Origin: Rebecca billardiae RCC1528
Lineage: Eukaryota > Protista > Haptophyta
NCBI GenBank assembly: GCA_965240325.2
Contig: OZ251223.1
Location: forward strand, 2,108,001 to 2,172,000
DNA length: 64,000 nt
Direction of reading: 5' to 3'
The first letter of the stretch is position 1. Each line of letters opens with the position of its first letter. The position numbers and the translations under genes are program-made. Shown one piece after another: positions 22,701 through 32,366 of the stretch. The notes under the pieces are model-generated. The model saw only the letters and a program-made list of their open reading frames with translations. It was not told the origin of the DNA and ran no database searches.

Positions 22701-25700
22701 GGCGAGGGCGGCCTCGAGGGCGGCGAGGGCGGCGCCGGCGGCGGCGAGGGCGGCACGTGCGCATAAGGATCAGCGATCACAGGCACGCCCAGCGCCTCCG
22801 ACAGCTCCGCGAGCGACGACGGCGAGTCCGGCCCAAAGTCTGGAGTGAGAAGCTGGGTCGGACCCACCTGCGCCTCGCCAGCGGACGTATCGCTCGTCAG
22901 CTTCACCACGAGCTTGGTCGTGCCGTCGCCCTGGTCGGTCACACCCTCGAGCGACAGCCGCGAGCCGTCGACGCCGAGCTCGGCCGCGAGGGCGCCGAGC
23001 AGCGCGCCGTGCGCGCTCACGAGAGCGCTCGCCGGCAGGGCGAGGTGCAGACCCAGGTACTCCTCGCTGCCCAGCTGCGGAGGCGGCGAGGGCGGCGAGG
23101 GCGGCGCGGGCGGCGCGGGCGGTGCCGAGGGCGGCGTGTGCATGTGCGCACTCAGCAGCGCAAAGCCGAGCGCAGAGCTCAGTGCCTCCAGCGGCGTAGG
23201 CGCCGGCGGCAGCGGCGTGAGCACGGCGGCGAGATCTGGCAGGCTCTCGCCAGCGGCGGGGTCGGCGGTCGCTTTGATGACCACCATCGCGGCGCCGTCG
23301 TCCAGCTCGTCGAGCCGCTCGACCGAGAGGCGCGAGGGGTCCACGCCCGCTTCGGCCGCGATCGTGCCGAGCAGCTGCGCCGTCACGACGTCCACGTCCA
23401 GGCCTGTCGTGTTGAGCTTGAGCTCCAGGTAGTCCTCCCGGCTCAGGTCGGGCGGTGGCGAGGGGGGCGCCGGAGGCGCCGGCGGTGGCGTTGGCGTCGT
23501 GGGCGCAGGACTCGGCGGCGGCGGCGGCGGCACATGGGGCGGCGGCGAGGGAGGCGGTGGGCTCGGCGGTGGCGATGGTGGTGGGCTCGGCGGCGGGCTT
23601 GGCGGTGGCGGGCTCGGCGGCGGGCTCGGTGGTGCGCTTGGCGGCGGGCTTGGCGGCGTGCTGGGCGGTGGCGACGGCGGTGGGCTCGGAGGCGGCGATG
23701 GTGGCGGGCTTGGTGGCGGGTTCGGCGGCGGTGATGGCGGTGGCGATGGTGGCGGCGATGGCGGCGGGCTGGGCGGCGGGCTCGGAGGCGGGCTCGGCGG
23801 AGGGCTGGGCGGTGGGTTCGGCGGCGGGCTCGGCGGTGGCGACGGTGGCGGGCTCGGAGGTGGCGATGGCGGTGGGCTTGGCGGGGGCGAGGGCGGGGGA
23901 GACGGCGGAGGGCTCGGGGGCGGGCTCGGCGGCGGTGACGGGGGCGGCGAAGGTGGCGGGCTCGGCGGCGGGCTCGGCGGTGGCGACGGTGGCGGGCTCG
24001 GAGGTGGCGACGGTGGTGGGCTTGGTGGCGGTGACGGGGGCGGCGACGGCGGAGGGCTGGGGGGCGGGCTCGGCGGCGGGCTTGGCGGGGGCGATGGGGG
24101 CGGCGAAGGGGGCGGGCTCGGCGGCGGCGATGGCGGCGGCGATGGCGGCGGGCTTGGCGGTGGCGACGGCGGTGGCGACGGTGGTGGCGACGGCGGTGGG
24201 CTTGGTGGTGGGCTCGGCGGCGGCGAGGGCGGCGGGCTTGGCGGTGGGCTCGGTGGCGGCGAGGGCGGCGGGGATGGTGGCGGTGACGGCGGCGGCCTCG
24301 GTGGCGGCGATGGCGGTGGGCTGGGTGGCGGGCTCGGCGGTGGCGAGGGCGGTGGCGAGGGCGGCGGCGCTGGCGGCGGGTTCGGTGGCGGGCTGGGCGG
24401 CGGCCTGGGCGGCGGGCTTGGCGGCGGCGATGGCGGTGGCGATGGCGGCGGGCTCGGCGGCGGGCTCGGCGGTGGGCTCGGTGGTGGCGATGGCGGCGGG
24501 CTCGGGGGTGGCGATGGCGGTGGGCTGGGCGGTGGGCTCGGCGGCGGGCTCGGCGGCGGGCTCGGTGGTGGTGATGGCGGTGGCGATGGCGGCGGGCTCG
24601 GTGGCGGGCTGGGCGGCGGGCTGGGCGGCGGGCTCGGTGGCGGGCTCGGCGGCGGAGACGGCGGTGGCGACGGTGGCGGGCTCGGCGGTGGGCTCGGCGG
24701 GGGCGAGGGCGGTGGGCTCGGCGGCGGCGACGGTGGTGGGCTTGGCGGAGGGCTGGGCGGTGGGCTCGGCGGCGGGCTCGGCGGCGGGCTTGGCGGCGGG
24801 CTTGGCGGGGGGCTCGGCGGCGGGCTTGGTGGCGGGCTGGGTGGTGGTGACGGAGGCGGGCTTGGTGGTGGGGAAGGTGGCGGCGATGGTGGCGGCGACG
24901 GCGGTGGGCTCGGTGGCGGGCTCGGAGGGGGTGATGGAGGTGGGCTCGGTGGTGGGGATGGCGGCGGGCTCGGTGGCGGCGACGGCGGCGGAGAAGGCGG
25001 CGGCGACGGCGGTGGCGAGGGCGGCGGCGAAGGCGGCGGCGAGGGCGGCGGCGAGGGCGGTGGTGACGGCGGTGGGGAGGGCGGTGGGCTTGGCGGTGGG
25101 GATGGTGGTGGGCTTGGCGGTGGGCTCGGCGGCGGGCTCGGCGGTGGGCTAGGAGGCGGTGAGGGTGGCGGAGACGGCGGTGGTGATGGAGGTGGGCTTG
25201 GGGGCGGAGATGGCGGGGAATTTGGCGGTGGGCTCGGTGGCGGGCTGGGCGGTGGGCTCGGCGGTGGGCTCGGCGGCGGGCTCGGTGGCGGGCTCGGTGG
25301 CGGGCTTGGCGGCGGGCTCGGCGGCGGGCTCGGTGGCGGCGGGCTTGGCGGCGGGCTTGGCGGGGGGCTTGGCGGTGGCGATGGCGGTGGGCTCGGTGGC
25401 GGACTCGGCGGCGGGCTTGGTGGCGGGCTCGGCGGCGGGCTTGGTGGCGGGCTCGGTGGTGGGCTCGGCGGCGGGCTCGGTGGCGGGCTCGGTGGCGGGC
25501 TCGGTGGCGGGCTCGGTGGAGGCGGGCTCGGCGGCGGGCTGGGGGGTGGGCTTGGCGGCGGGCTCGGTGGTGGGCTCGGTGGCGGGCTTGGTGGCGGGCT
25601 CGGAGGCGGTGTCGGTGGTGGGCTTGCCGGCGGCGAGGGTGGCGGGCTCGGCGGCGGGGACGGCGGCGGGCTCGGTGGCGGGCTCGGCGGCGGGCTCGGC

Positions 25701-28700
25701 GGCGGGCTCGGTGGCGGCGGACTTGGTGGCGGACTTGGCGGTGGGCTGGGCGGCAGGTTTGGTGGCGGGCTGGGCGGCGGGCTCGGCGGCGGCGAGGGCG
25801 GCGGGCTCGGCGGCGGCGAGGGCGGCGGGCTCGGCGGTGGTGATGGCGGCGGGCTCGGTGGCGGGCTCGGTGGCGGGCTCGGCGGCGGGCTTGGTGGCGG
25901 GCTTGGTGGCGGGCTCGGCGGCGGGCTCGGCGGCGGGCTCGGCGGCGGGCTCGGCGGCGGCGGGCTCGGCGGCGGGCTCGGCGGCGGGCTCGGTGGCGGC
26001 GATGGCGGCGGGCTGGGCGGCGGGCTCGGCGGAGGCGATGGCGGCGGCGACGGTGGTGGTGGTGGCGACGGCGGCGGGCTCGGCGGCGGGCTCGGCGGCG
26101 GGCTCGGCGGCGGGCTCGGCGGCGGGCTCGGCGGCGGGCTCGGTGGCGGCGGGCTCGGCGGCGGGCTTGGCGGCGGACTTGGCGGTGGACTTGGCGGTGG
26201 TGATGGCGGCGGGTGTGGTGGCGGGCTGGGCGGCGGGCTCGGCGGCGGCGAGGGCGGCGGGCTCGGCGGTGGTGATGGCGGCGGGCTCGGTGGCGGGCTT
26301 GGTGGCGGGCTCGGCGGCGGGCTCGGCGGCGGGCTCGGCGGCGGGCTTGGCGGCGGGCTCGGCGGCGGGCTCGGTGGCGGGCTCGGCGGCGGCGGGCTCG
26401 GTGGTGGGCTCGGCGGCGGGCTCGGTGGCGGCGACGGCGGTGGGCTCGGCGGCGGGCTCGGCGGCGGCGATGGCGGCGGCGACGGTGGTGGTGGCGACGG
26501 CGGTGGGCTCGGCGGCGGGCTTGGCGGTGGGCTCGGCGGCGGGCTCGGTGGCGGGCCTGGAGGTGGGCTTGGCGGCGGAGAAGGCGGTGGCGGGCTCGGC
26601 GGAGGGCGTGGTGGTTGGCTTGGAGGCGGGCTCGGTGGCGGGCTTGGTGGTGGCGGGCTTGGCGGTGGACTCGGCGGCGGTGATGGCGGCGGGCGTGGAG
26701 GCGGGCTCGGCGGCGCCCTCGGCGGCGGCGGGCTCGGCGGCGGGCTGGGTGGGGGCGATGGCGGAGGCGACGGTGGTGGCGGCGACGGTGGCGGGCTTGG
26801 CGGTGGGCTTGGAGGTGGCGATGGTGGGGGCGAAGGCGGCGGGCTCGGTGGTGGGCTTGGCGGCGGGCTCGGCGGCGGGGTTGGCGGCGGTGGGCTCGGC
26901 GGCGGGCTCGGCGGCGGGCTGGGCGGTGGCGATGGCGGCGGGCTCGGCGGCGGGCTCGGCGGAGGCGATGGCGGTGGCGATGGTGGCGGCGGTGACGGTG
27001 GTGGGCTTGGCGGTGGGCTCGGTGGCGGTGAAGGTGGGGGCGACGGCGGTGGGCTCGGCGGCGGCGATGGCGGTGGCGATGGCGGTGGCGACGGCGGGGG
27101 CAGTGGCGGAGGCGGCGATTTAGGTGGCGGGCTCGGCGGTGGGCTCGGTGGAGGTGACGGTGGCGGGCTGGGCGGCGGTGGGCTCGGCGGCGGCGAAGGC
27201 GGCGGGCTGGGGGGCGGGCTGGGGGGCGGAGGCGAGGGCGGTGGGCTGGGCGGCGGGCTGGGCGGCGGGCTGGGTGGGGCACTCGGCGGCGGTGGCGACG
27301 GTGGCGGGCTCGGTGGTGGACTCGGTGGCGGAGAAGGCGGGGGGCTCGGCGGTGGCGAGGGCGGCGGGCTCGGTGGTGGTGGGCTCGGCGGTGGAGATGG
27401 TGGCGGGCTCGGCGGCGGCGAGGGCGGCGGACTCGGTGGCGGACTCGGCGGCGGCGGGCTTGGCGGCGGCGATGGCGGCGGCGATGGCGGTGGGCTCGGC
27501 GGAGGCGGCGACGGCGGCGGGCTTGGCGGCGGCGATGGCGGTGGTGAAGGCGGTGGGCTTGGTGGTGGGCTCGGCGGGGGCGGGCTTGGTGGCGGGCTAG
27601 GCGGCGGGCTTGGTGGCGGGCTGGGCGGCGGGCTGGGCGGCGGGCTGGGCGGCGGGCTCGGCGGCGGTGGACTCGGAGGCGGCGAGGGCGGCGGGCTCGG
27701 CGGCGGCGACGGTGGCGGGCTCGGCGGCGGGCTCGGGGGTGGGCTTGGCGGCGGCGGGCTGGGTGGTGGGCTGGGTGGCAGGTTGGGCGGCGGAGGTGAC
27801 GGCGGAGGGCTAGGCGGCAGCATCGGAGGGAATGGAGGGGGCGACGGGGGCGGCGGACTCGGTGGCGGAGAGGGTGGCGGTGGGCTGGGCGGTGGGCTCG
27901 GCGGCGGGCTCGGCGGCGGCGGGCTGGGTGGTGGGCTCGGCGGTGGGCTCGGCGGCGGTGGGCTGGGTGGCGGACTGGGTGGCGGCGGGCTGGGCGGCGG
28001 GCTCGGGGGTGGGCTGGGTGGCGGCGGGCTCGGCGGTGGGCTCGGTGGCGGGCTCGGTGGCGGCGGACTCGGCGGCGGGCTCGGTGGCGGGCTCGGCGGT
28101 GGGCTGGGTGGAGGTGATGGCGGCGGCGCCGGCGGTGGCGACGGTGGGGGCGAGGGTGGGGGGCTAGGTGGCGGGCTCGGCGGCGGCGGACTGGGCGGCG
28201 GGGACGGTGGCGGCGCAGGGGGTGGCGGCGATGGCGGAGGAGACGGCGGGGGCGAGGGAGGCGGCGGTGGCGGGCTCGGGGGCGGAGGCGGTGACGGCGG
28301 GCTCGGTGGGGGCAACGGTGGTGGTGGGCTTGGCGGAGGACTTGGGGGCGGCGTGGGTGGAGGCGAAGGCGGCGGCGAAGGGGGTGGAGCCGGCGGTGGC
28401 GGACTCGGCGGAGGGAGGGGCGGCGGCGGGCTCGGCGGCGGCAAGGGTGGCGGCGGGCTCGGCGGTGGCGCTGGCGGTGGCGGGCTCGGCGGCGGCGCGG
28501 GCGGTGGCGGCGGCGGCGGCGGGCTTGGTGGCGGGTTTGGCGGCGGGCTCGGTGGCGGAGACACCGGCGGTGGCGAAGGAGGTGGGGGCGAGGGTGGCGG
28601 GGATGGCGGGGGCGAGGGTGGTGGTGGCGATGGCGGCGGTGGGGGTGGGGGCGCCGGCGGCGGTGGGCTCGGCGGTGGGCTCGGCGGCGGAGGCGGGCTT

Positions 28701-29323
28701 GGTGGTGGGCTTGGCGGAGGGCTTGGTGGAGGCGGGCTGGGTGGCGGGCTGGGCGGTGCTTGGGGCGGTGGCGGCGAGGGGGGCGGGCTGGGCGGAGGAG
28801 GCGGGCTGGGCGGCGGGCTGGGCGGTGGAGGTGACGGCGGCGGGCTCGGTGGCGGTGACGGCGGAGGCGGGCTCGGAGGTGGAGAGGGTGGCAGCGGCGG
28901 CGGCGACGGAGGCGGCTGCGGTGGCGGCTGCGGCGGTGATCCTGGCGGGACTGGCGGCGGGAAAGGCGGCAATGGTGGGGAGGGTGGCGGTGGACTCGGC
29001 GGTGGCGATGGTGGAGGCGAGGGCGGGGGCGGGCTTGGCGGCGGGCTTGGCGGCGGGCTGGGTGGCGGGCTTGGTGGCGGGCTGGGTGGCGGGCTTGGCG
29101 GCGGCGAGGGCGGCGGCGAGGGCGGCGGCGAGGGCGGCGGCGAGGGCGGCGGCGAGGGCGGCGGCGAGGGCGGCGGCGACGGCGGCGGCGACGGCGGCGG
29201 CAATGGTGGCAGCGAGGGCGGCAGGGATGGCGGGTTCAGCTCAAGCCGCGCCTGCTGCACGCCGAAGCCCAACACAAGCAAGATGGCCAGGCTGAGCCGT
29301 GCGGGCGTGTGCGTCGAGGCCAT
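19733..29323 (-). CDS. Giant type I membrane Ser-Pro3 HRGP/mucin-like protein: signal peptide, ~1,900-aa SPPP rod, 7 repeated ~110-aa modules, Cys-rich TM, cytoplasmic tail
   Basis: Uninterrupted ORF. First ATG at 29323 gives MASTHTPARLSLAILLVLGFGVQQA (signal-peptide-like). SPPP ~29232-23450. Seven modules (EEY..L.L...LL..LA..LG.D..RLS.E...DGTTKLVVKL..LGVPV.A.PY.HVPP) at ~23447-20675. TM WTLAGLVGGGLCCLCCCCGGLYLLLALW followed by RRRR at ~20431-20336. Confidence 0.85.
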   Translation of the reverse strand: MASTHTPARLSLAILLVLGFGVQQARLELNPPSLPPSLPPLPPPSPPPSPPPSPPPSPPPSPPPSPPPSPPPSPPPSPPPSPPPSPPPSPPPSPPPSPPPPSPPPSPPPSPPPPSPPLPPFPPPVPPGSPPQPPPQPPPSPPPLPPSPPPSPPPPSPPPSPPPSPPPPSPPPSPPPPPSPPPSPPPPQAPPSPPPSPPPPSPPPSPPPSPPPPPSPPPSPPPPAPPPPPPPSPPPPSPPPSPPPSPPPPSPPPVSPPPSPPPNPPPSPPPPPPPPAPPPSPPPPAPPPSPPPPLPPPSPPPPLPPPSPPPPAPPPSPPPSPPPTPPPSPPPSPPPPLPPPSPPSPPPPPSPPPPPPSPPPSPPPSPPPPAPPPSPPPSPPPPSPPPSPPPSPPPSPPPAPPPSPPPSPPPSPPPSPPPSPPPPSPPPSPPPSPPPPSPPPSPPPSPPPPSPPPSPPPPSPPPSPPPSPPPPSPPPSPPPSPPPPSPPPSPPPPSPPPFPPMLPPSPPPSPPPPNLPPSPPPSPPPPSPPPSPPPSPPPSPPPSPPPSPPPSPPPPSPPPSPPPSPPPSPPPSPPPSPPPSPPPPSPPPSPPPSPPPSPPPSPPPSPPPPSPPPSPPPSPPPSPPPPSPPPSPPPSPPPSPPPSPPPSPPPPSPPPSPPPSPPPSPPPSPPPSPPPSPPPPSAPPSPPPSPPPSPPPSPPPPSPPPSPPPSPPPSPPPPSPPPSPPPSPPPSPPPKSPPPPLPPPSPPPSPPPSPPPSPPPSPPPSPPPSPPPSPPPSPPPPSPPPSPPPSPPPSPPPSPPPSPPPSPPPSPPPPTPPPSPPPSPPPSPPPSPPPSPPPSPPPSPPPSPPPPSPPPSPPPSPPPSPPPPRAPPSPPPRPPPSPPPSPPPSPPPPSPPPSPPPSQPPRPPPSPPPPSPPPSPPPGPPPSPPPSPPPSPPPSPPPSPPPPSPPPSPPPSPPPSPPPSPPPSPPPSPPPSPPPPSPPPSPPPSPPPSPPPSPPPSPPPSPPPSPPPSPPPSPPPSPPPSPPPSPPPSPPPHPPPSPPPSPPPSPPPSPPPSPPPPSPPPSPPPSPPPSPPPSPPPSPPPSPPPPPSPPPSPPPSPPPSPPPSPPPSPPPSPPPSPPPPSPPPSPPPSPPPSPPPSPPPSPPPSPPPSPPPSPPPSPPPSPPPSPPPSPPPSPPPSPPPSPPPNLPPSPPPSPPPSPPPPSPPPSPPPSPPPSPPPSPPPSPPPSPPASPPPTPPPSPPPSPPPSPPPSPPPSPPPSPPPSPPPPSPPPSPPPSPPPSPPPSPPPSPPPSPPPSPPPSPPPSPPPSPPPSPPPSPPPSPPPSPPPPSPPPSPPPSPPPSPPPSPPPSPPPSPPPSPPPSPPPNSPPSPPPSPPPSPPPSPPPSPPPSPPPSPPPSPPPSPPPSPPPSPPPSPPPSPPPSPPPSPPPSPPPSPPPSPPPSPPPSPPPSPPPSPPPSPPPSPPPSPPPSPPPSPPPSPPPSPPPSPPPSPPPSPPPSPPPSPPPSPPPSPPPSPPPSPPPSPPPSPPPSPPPSPPPSPPPSPPPSPPPSPPPSPPPSPPPSPPPSPPPSPPPSPPPSPPPSPPPSPPPSPPPSPPPSPPPSPPPSPPPSPPPSPPPSPPPSPPPSPPPSPPPSPPPRPPPSPPPNPPPAPPPSPPPSPPPSPPPSPPPSPPPRPPPSPPPSPPPSPPPSPPPSPPPSPPPSPPPSPPPSPPPSPPPSPPPSPPPSPPPSPPPSPPPSPPPSPPPSPPPSPPPSPPPSPPPSPPPSPPPSPPPSPPPSPPPSPPPSPPPSPPPSPPPSPPPSPPPSPPPSPPPSPPPSPPPSPPPSPPPSPPPNPPPSPPPSPPPSPPPSPPPSPPPSPPPSPPPNPPPSPPPSPPPSPPPSPPPSTPPSPPPSAPPSPPPSPPPPSPPPSPPPSPPPSPPPPSPPPHVPPPPPPSPAPTTPTPPPAPPAPPSPPPDLSREDYLELKLNTTGLDVDVVTAQLLGTIAAEAGVDPSRLSVERLDELDDGAAMVVIKATADPAAGESLPDLAAVLTPLPPAPTPLEALSSALGFALLSAHMHTPPSAPPAPPAPPSPPSPPPQLGSEEYLGLHLALPASALVSAHGALLGALAAELGVDGSRLSLEGVTDQGDGTTKLVVKLTSDTSAGEAQVGPTQLLTPDFGPDSPSSLAELSEALGVPVIADPYAHVPPSPPPAPPSPPSRPPSPPSPPWPPSPPSPPPDHGTEEYFALTLALTPEQLVAARESVLDALAAELGIDAARLSVELLGQSDGTTKLVVKLTTDTSAGEAQVGPTQLLTPDFGPDSPSSLAELSEALGVPVIADPYAHVPPSPPPAPPSPPASPPAPTPPLNLELYDLAAVVVNSTEAAFEGFSSDFLAEVAATLGIEPERLALHGVDALSETATRVVIRIRNDPSVGDAPVNVVGALAPGVPALTPLQQLGATLGVPVLEVPTAFEPPSSPPSPPPSPPSPPSAPPRLSSEEYVALTLSLTQAELEGPLAEALLSSLATTLAIDPARASIELVVERTEAAIVVVVVKVRVPEGEPWADPTGRLTPDNGPGTPASLDELSEWLGVPVLALPYSHVPPSPPPSPPAPPSPPPAPPSPPPRPSTEDYLGLTLAMSPRALEAAQEALLGSLAAHLGVDPSRLSVEQAVDLRDGTVRVVFKLATDLFAGQLPLDLSASLLALAGSGLGGAGAGGGGLGNGTGCGNRTNATLVDGWERVVNCTNSTISTELPPASLVDELSALLGVPVAALPYSHVPPSPPPAPPAPPPRWASEEYVALTLALQWFAVAEGASALLASMAECLGTDLSRLSLELVQELGDSTTKLVVKLRTDLSAGEAPVSPTERLTPSNAVGALASLEAVSRCLGVPVIAEPSNHVPPAPPPSPPPPSSPPPAASSEGEGVAPNLLAEPEAAPGAGAVRSELDEELEAGGQARTSGRLDASSIFTQVRRWLRDPDTGAWTLAGLVGGGLCCLCCCCGGLYLLLALWRRRRDKNVFKEEHVLAIGPLAIGPQLATAPVVAAPPRRGSALHMPRPITDFPWRFGMGGSKERRPSEGPASDLRDVRPESADAGQPVVIMHSPPPPKRRSFSGGVRLKPMPSPGLPSRVKKLPPTLDDDVSSPTPSPAACSRLQGGAARGVGGGKRRQSAGLRVLHLPGGGAKIVRIQKPAAPAASAHPSGSPRQSGRTLPQRA
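23450..29232 (-). repeat. Coding tandem repeat (Ser-Pro3)n of gene 2
   Basis: GGCGGCGGGCT/GGCGGCGGCGA 12-nt units on the + strand. Confidence 0.97.
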
Positions 29324-30583
29324 CGGGGGCGTGCTCACGCTTGGAAGCACGTGATGCGGAGGGAAGTTGAGTCCCGAGTGCGGTCACACCCGAGCTCCCG
29401 GTTGCGGGTCACACGGCCAACCGGCATGAGCCACATAGAAGGGTACCGTAACCACCTAGAGGGAGCGGAAACACTGTGCGTCGAACCATTGGCAGAGGTT
29501 GAAGCGGTATAGGTATGAGGGTATCTCGGTGGGCAAACCACCGAAGGTTTCTTTGATCTGGATACCGCTGTTCACACAAACACACACAATCAGCAGGACG
29601 ATCTCGTGTCTAATGCGCGATCTCCCCACAAGGTTTAGCCCGAGATGCAGTTTATGCCGGTAGTAGGGCTCATCGAATTCAAGTTGATGATGGTTTTGGC
29701 GTTTTGCACACACGCACCGACACACGAGCTAAACTTCCGGACGGCTGTCGCGACTTCCAACCACGCGCGTGTCAACCGCGCTCGCTGCACGCGATGAGCA
29801 CTCCCTCTCCGCCGAGCGCGCGTTTCCTGCCCCAAACGTTGTCCTTGTGCCTAAGGTGCCGCAGCTGCGCGCCACTCGAGCGCGCCTCTGTTAGTTTTCG
29901 CACAAGCTGGCAGAATCAGTTCTCTCGACTTGCACACACTACGGCGCCATCGTGGGTGATGGCCGAGCGAAAGGCTTGCGAGACGGCGGCGGAGAGTGGC
30001 GTAGTGCCACTCCCCTGCATGTAGGGCGGTAATATGCGTGATGGGGAGCATGCTCGGCCGAGCAAAGAACAGTGGTCGCCTAGGCAGATTCTGTCGTGCA
30101 AAAACACATGGGCGCACGAGACGACCCGAACCGTGCGGCCCGTACCAAGGCTGGCAAGCACGGGCTTTGCAGCCGACTGTCGGTGACGTCCAGGTCCGCC
30201 ACCAGTCTGACCGTGGTCTGACGGCTGCTGTAGTACATACGCTTCAGCCGGGGCTTCCACTAGCTAGTTCCAGGGCACTTTGCAGGATTCCGATAACTAC
30301 TGTTCGCCAAGTGCTTCGTCGCCCGCCGCGCAGCATCCCGAGACGCAGTATTGTCAGAGTACTGACGAACTTTCAATTATTAGCATCGACGATAATGCGC
30401 CGGCCTGGCCCTGTCCGCTGCCGAACTTTGGTGGCCTGGCCTCCGGCAGACGACTTGACCCGCTCCGAGTAAATTCTATACGCCCGCCGCTGAGCACTGC
30501 AATCGCTGACACCGCGCGCAATTCGATGGTCGTAGGCGCGTGCATCGGGGCTGGCGCGTGCAGTCACTCTGACCGGCGGCCAC

Positions 30584-31835
30584 TCAGAAGAGCTTCGCCT
30601 CCAACCGCACGCTGGGCCCCATGCTCGTGCTGATAAAAAGCGACTGCGAGGGCGGCACACCACACACACGTGGACAGAGGGGGCGGCGGGGGGGGGGTCA
30701 GCCGGGCAGGCTCAGGGCCAGGGCGCGGGCACGCGCGCTGCGGCAGCCGCACCTTGGGTGGTTTGCGCTGGTACTGGTCGGGTCGCGCTTTGAGCACCGC
30801 CGTGACGAGCACGTGCAGGTTGGCCTGGAGCTTGTGCAGCTCAAAGCTGCGCTTGCCAAACGGCACGTGCACGACAGCGTTCCGGTCGGCCGCGTACTCG
30901 ACCTGGCCGGCCTTCGCCTCGCGCACCGCGTCCGCGACGTCGGACAGCACGGTGCCGCGCTTCGGCGACGGCATCAGCCCCTTGGGCCCGAGGATGCGCG
31001 CGACCTGGCTGAGCACGGGCATCGCGTCCGGGGTGGCGAGCGCGCGCTCGAACGCAATCGTGCCGTCCTTCACCTGTGCCACGAGCTCCTCTGCGCCAAC
31101 AAGGTCGGCCCCTGCCGCGCGCGCCGCCTGCGCCTGTGCCTCGTCCTTGGTGAACACCGCGACGGCCACCGACTGTCACGCCACGAAGCACAGGCCGCAC
31201 GCACGGTGCGAGGGGGGCGGGGCGGCCAAGCTTGGCGACGCGCGCGCACATGCGCGCGCGCACATCGTGCGCGGGGGGCCGGCGTGGGAGGGGAGGCGCG
31301 GCAGGGCGCACCTTCCCTGTCCCGTGCGGGAGTGTTATCATGCCGCGCACGCGCTGGTCACTGCGCTTGGGGTCCACGTTGAGGTGGATGGCGACGTCGA
31401 GGGTCTCGTCGAACTTGCGCGGCGGAGCTGTCGCGTGGATGTGTGCAATCTTCTCAGCCATGTGCTCCAGCTGCGCCTCGCGTCTCTTGAGCGCGAGCTC
31501 CGACTGCGCAGGCACGTCAGGCCGGCGGCGCGCGGCGATCGCGCGAAGAACGTCGGATGGCGCGGCGTCGCACCGGCGCGGCCCGCGCTGGCAAAGCCGC
31601 GCGCTCGGGCATGGAGGCGCACCTTGGTATCTGACTGCTGACCACGCTGTCTCGGCGGCTTTCGCGTCCTTAGGATGGTCACAGGCTGATCCATCTGCAT
31701 CTCCGTGGACAGCCAGCGTCGCGGCTGCGCGAAGACAGCCCTCACGCCGATGCCACGCAGGGGCATCACCGATCCCCTTGCAATTGTGAGGGCCCTGGCC
31801 ATCGTGATGGCCCGCGGCGCGATGAACGACGCCAT
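30584..31835 (-). CDS. rpl1: Organellar (probably mitochondrial) ribosomal protein uL1. Exons 31835-31623, 31503-31312, 31172-30753, 30643-30584
   Basis: uL1 motifs [80 protein letters not shown] are joined in frame by three GT-AG introns. The N-terminus is an Arg-rich presequence lacking acidic residues. Confidence 0.92.
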
Positions 31836-31964
31836 GGATGCCCGTGCGCCCGGACCCACGTCGACAGGCACTTGCTGACAGTTGTCCGGTGCCTGCGCTG
31901 CCGGCCGGGCGCGCGGCCGCCCAGCCGGGGCCGGCTGCGGGGGGGGGCGCGAAGTGGCGGCAGC

Positions 31965-32366
31965 ATGGTCCTTGCGGCCGTGATCGTGTGCCTTGTGGCC
32001 GAGTCCGCGCAGCTCTTCGGCAGCTTGGAGGTGGACTGGGGCCGGCATAACCGCGGCGAGCATGCCGGGCCAGTCGTCGTGCAGAGCCAGGCGGTCACAA
32101 AGGTCGAGCCGCTGGAGCAGCAGTGCGTGAGCAGCCTGCAGCGCACACTGCGCAGCCTGGGCGCTGACTGCGTGGCCTGCAAGACGCAGCGCCACTGGGT
32201 GAGCGCTGTGCGTCACTTCGTGCTCACGGCGGAGGAGCCTGATCTCCAGGGCCTTTTGCACCAGCGTGGCGAGTGGTGCGACGCGTGCATGCAGCCCGAG
32301 CACTGGCGCGACCGCGCCATGGCGGTCGTGCATTTGCCAATCATCAACAGCGTGGAATCGAGCTGA
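31965..32366 (+). CDS. Small secreted/ER protein with two tandem SAP-like CxxC (ARMET/MANF C-terminal-like) modules
   Basis: Signal-like [15 protein letters not shown]. Two repeats, [23 protein letters not shown] and [23 protein letters not shown]. Confidence 0.6.
   Translation: MVLAAVIVCLVAESAQLFGSLEVDWGRHNRGEHAGPVVVQSQAVTKVEPLEQQCVSSLQRTLRSLGADCVACKTQRHWVSAVRHFVLTAEEPDLQGLLHQRGEWCDACMQPEHWRDRAMAVVHLPIINSVESS

Noticed and set aside
23499-29354. 1,951-aa Gly-rich plus-strand ORF and associated Ala/Arg-rich ORFs
   Set aside because: Antisense or alternative-frame shadows of gene 2.
29400-30560. Short ORFs upstream of gene 2
   Set aside because: No coding-like bias, motifs or convincing splice structure. 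Treated as intergenic/promoter.
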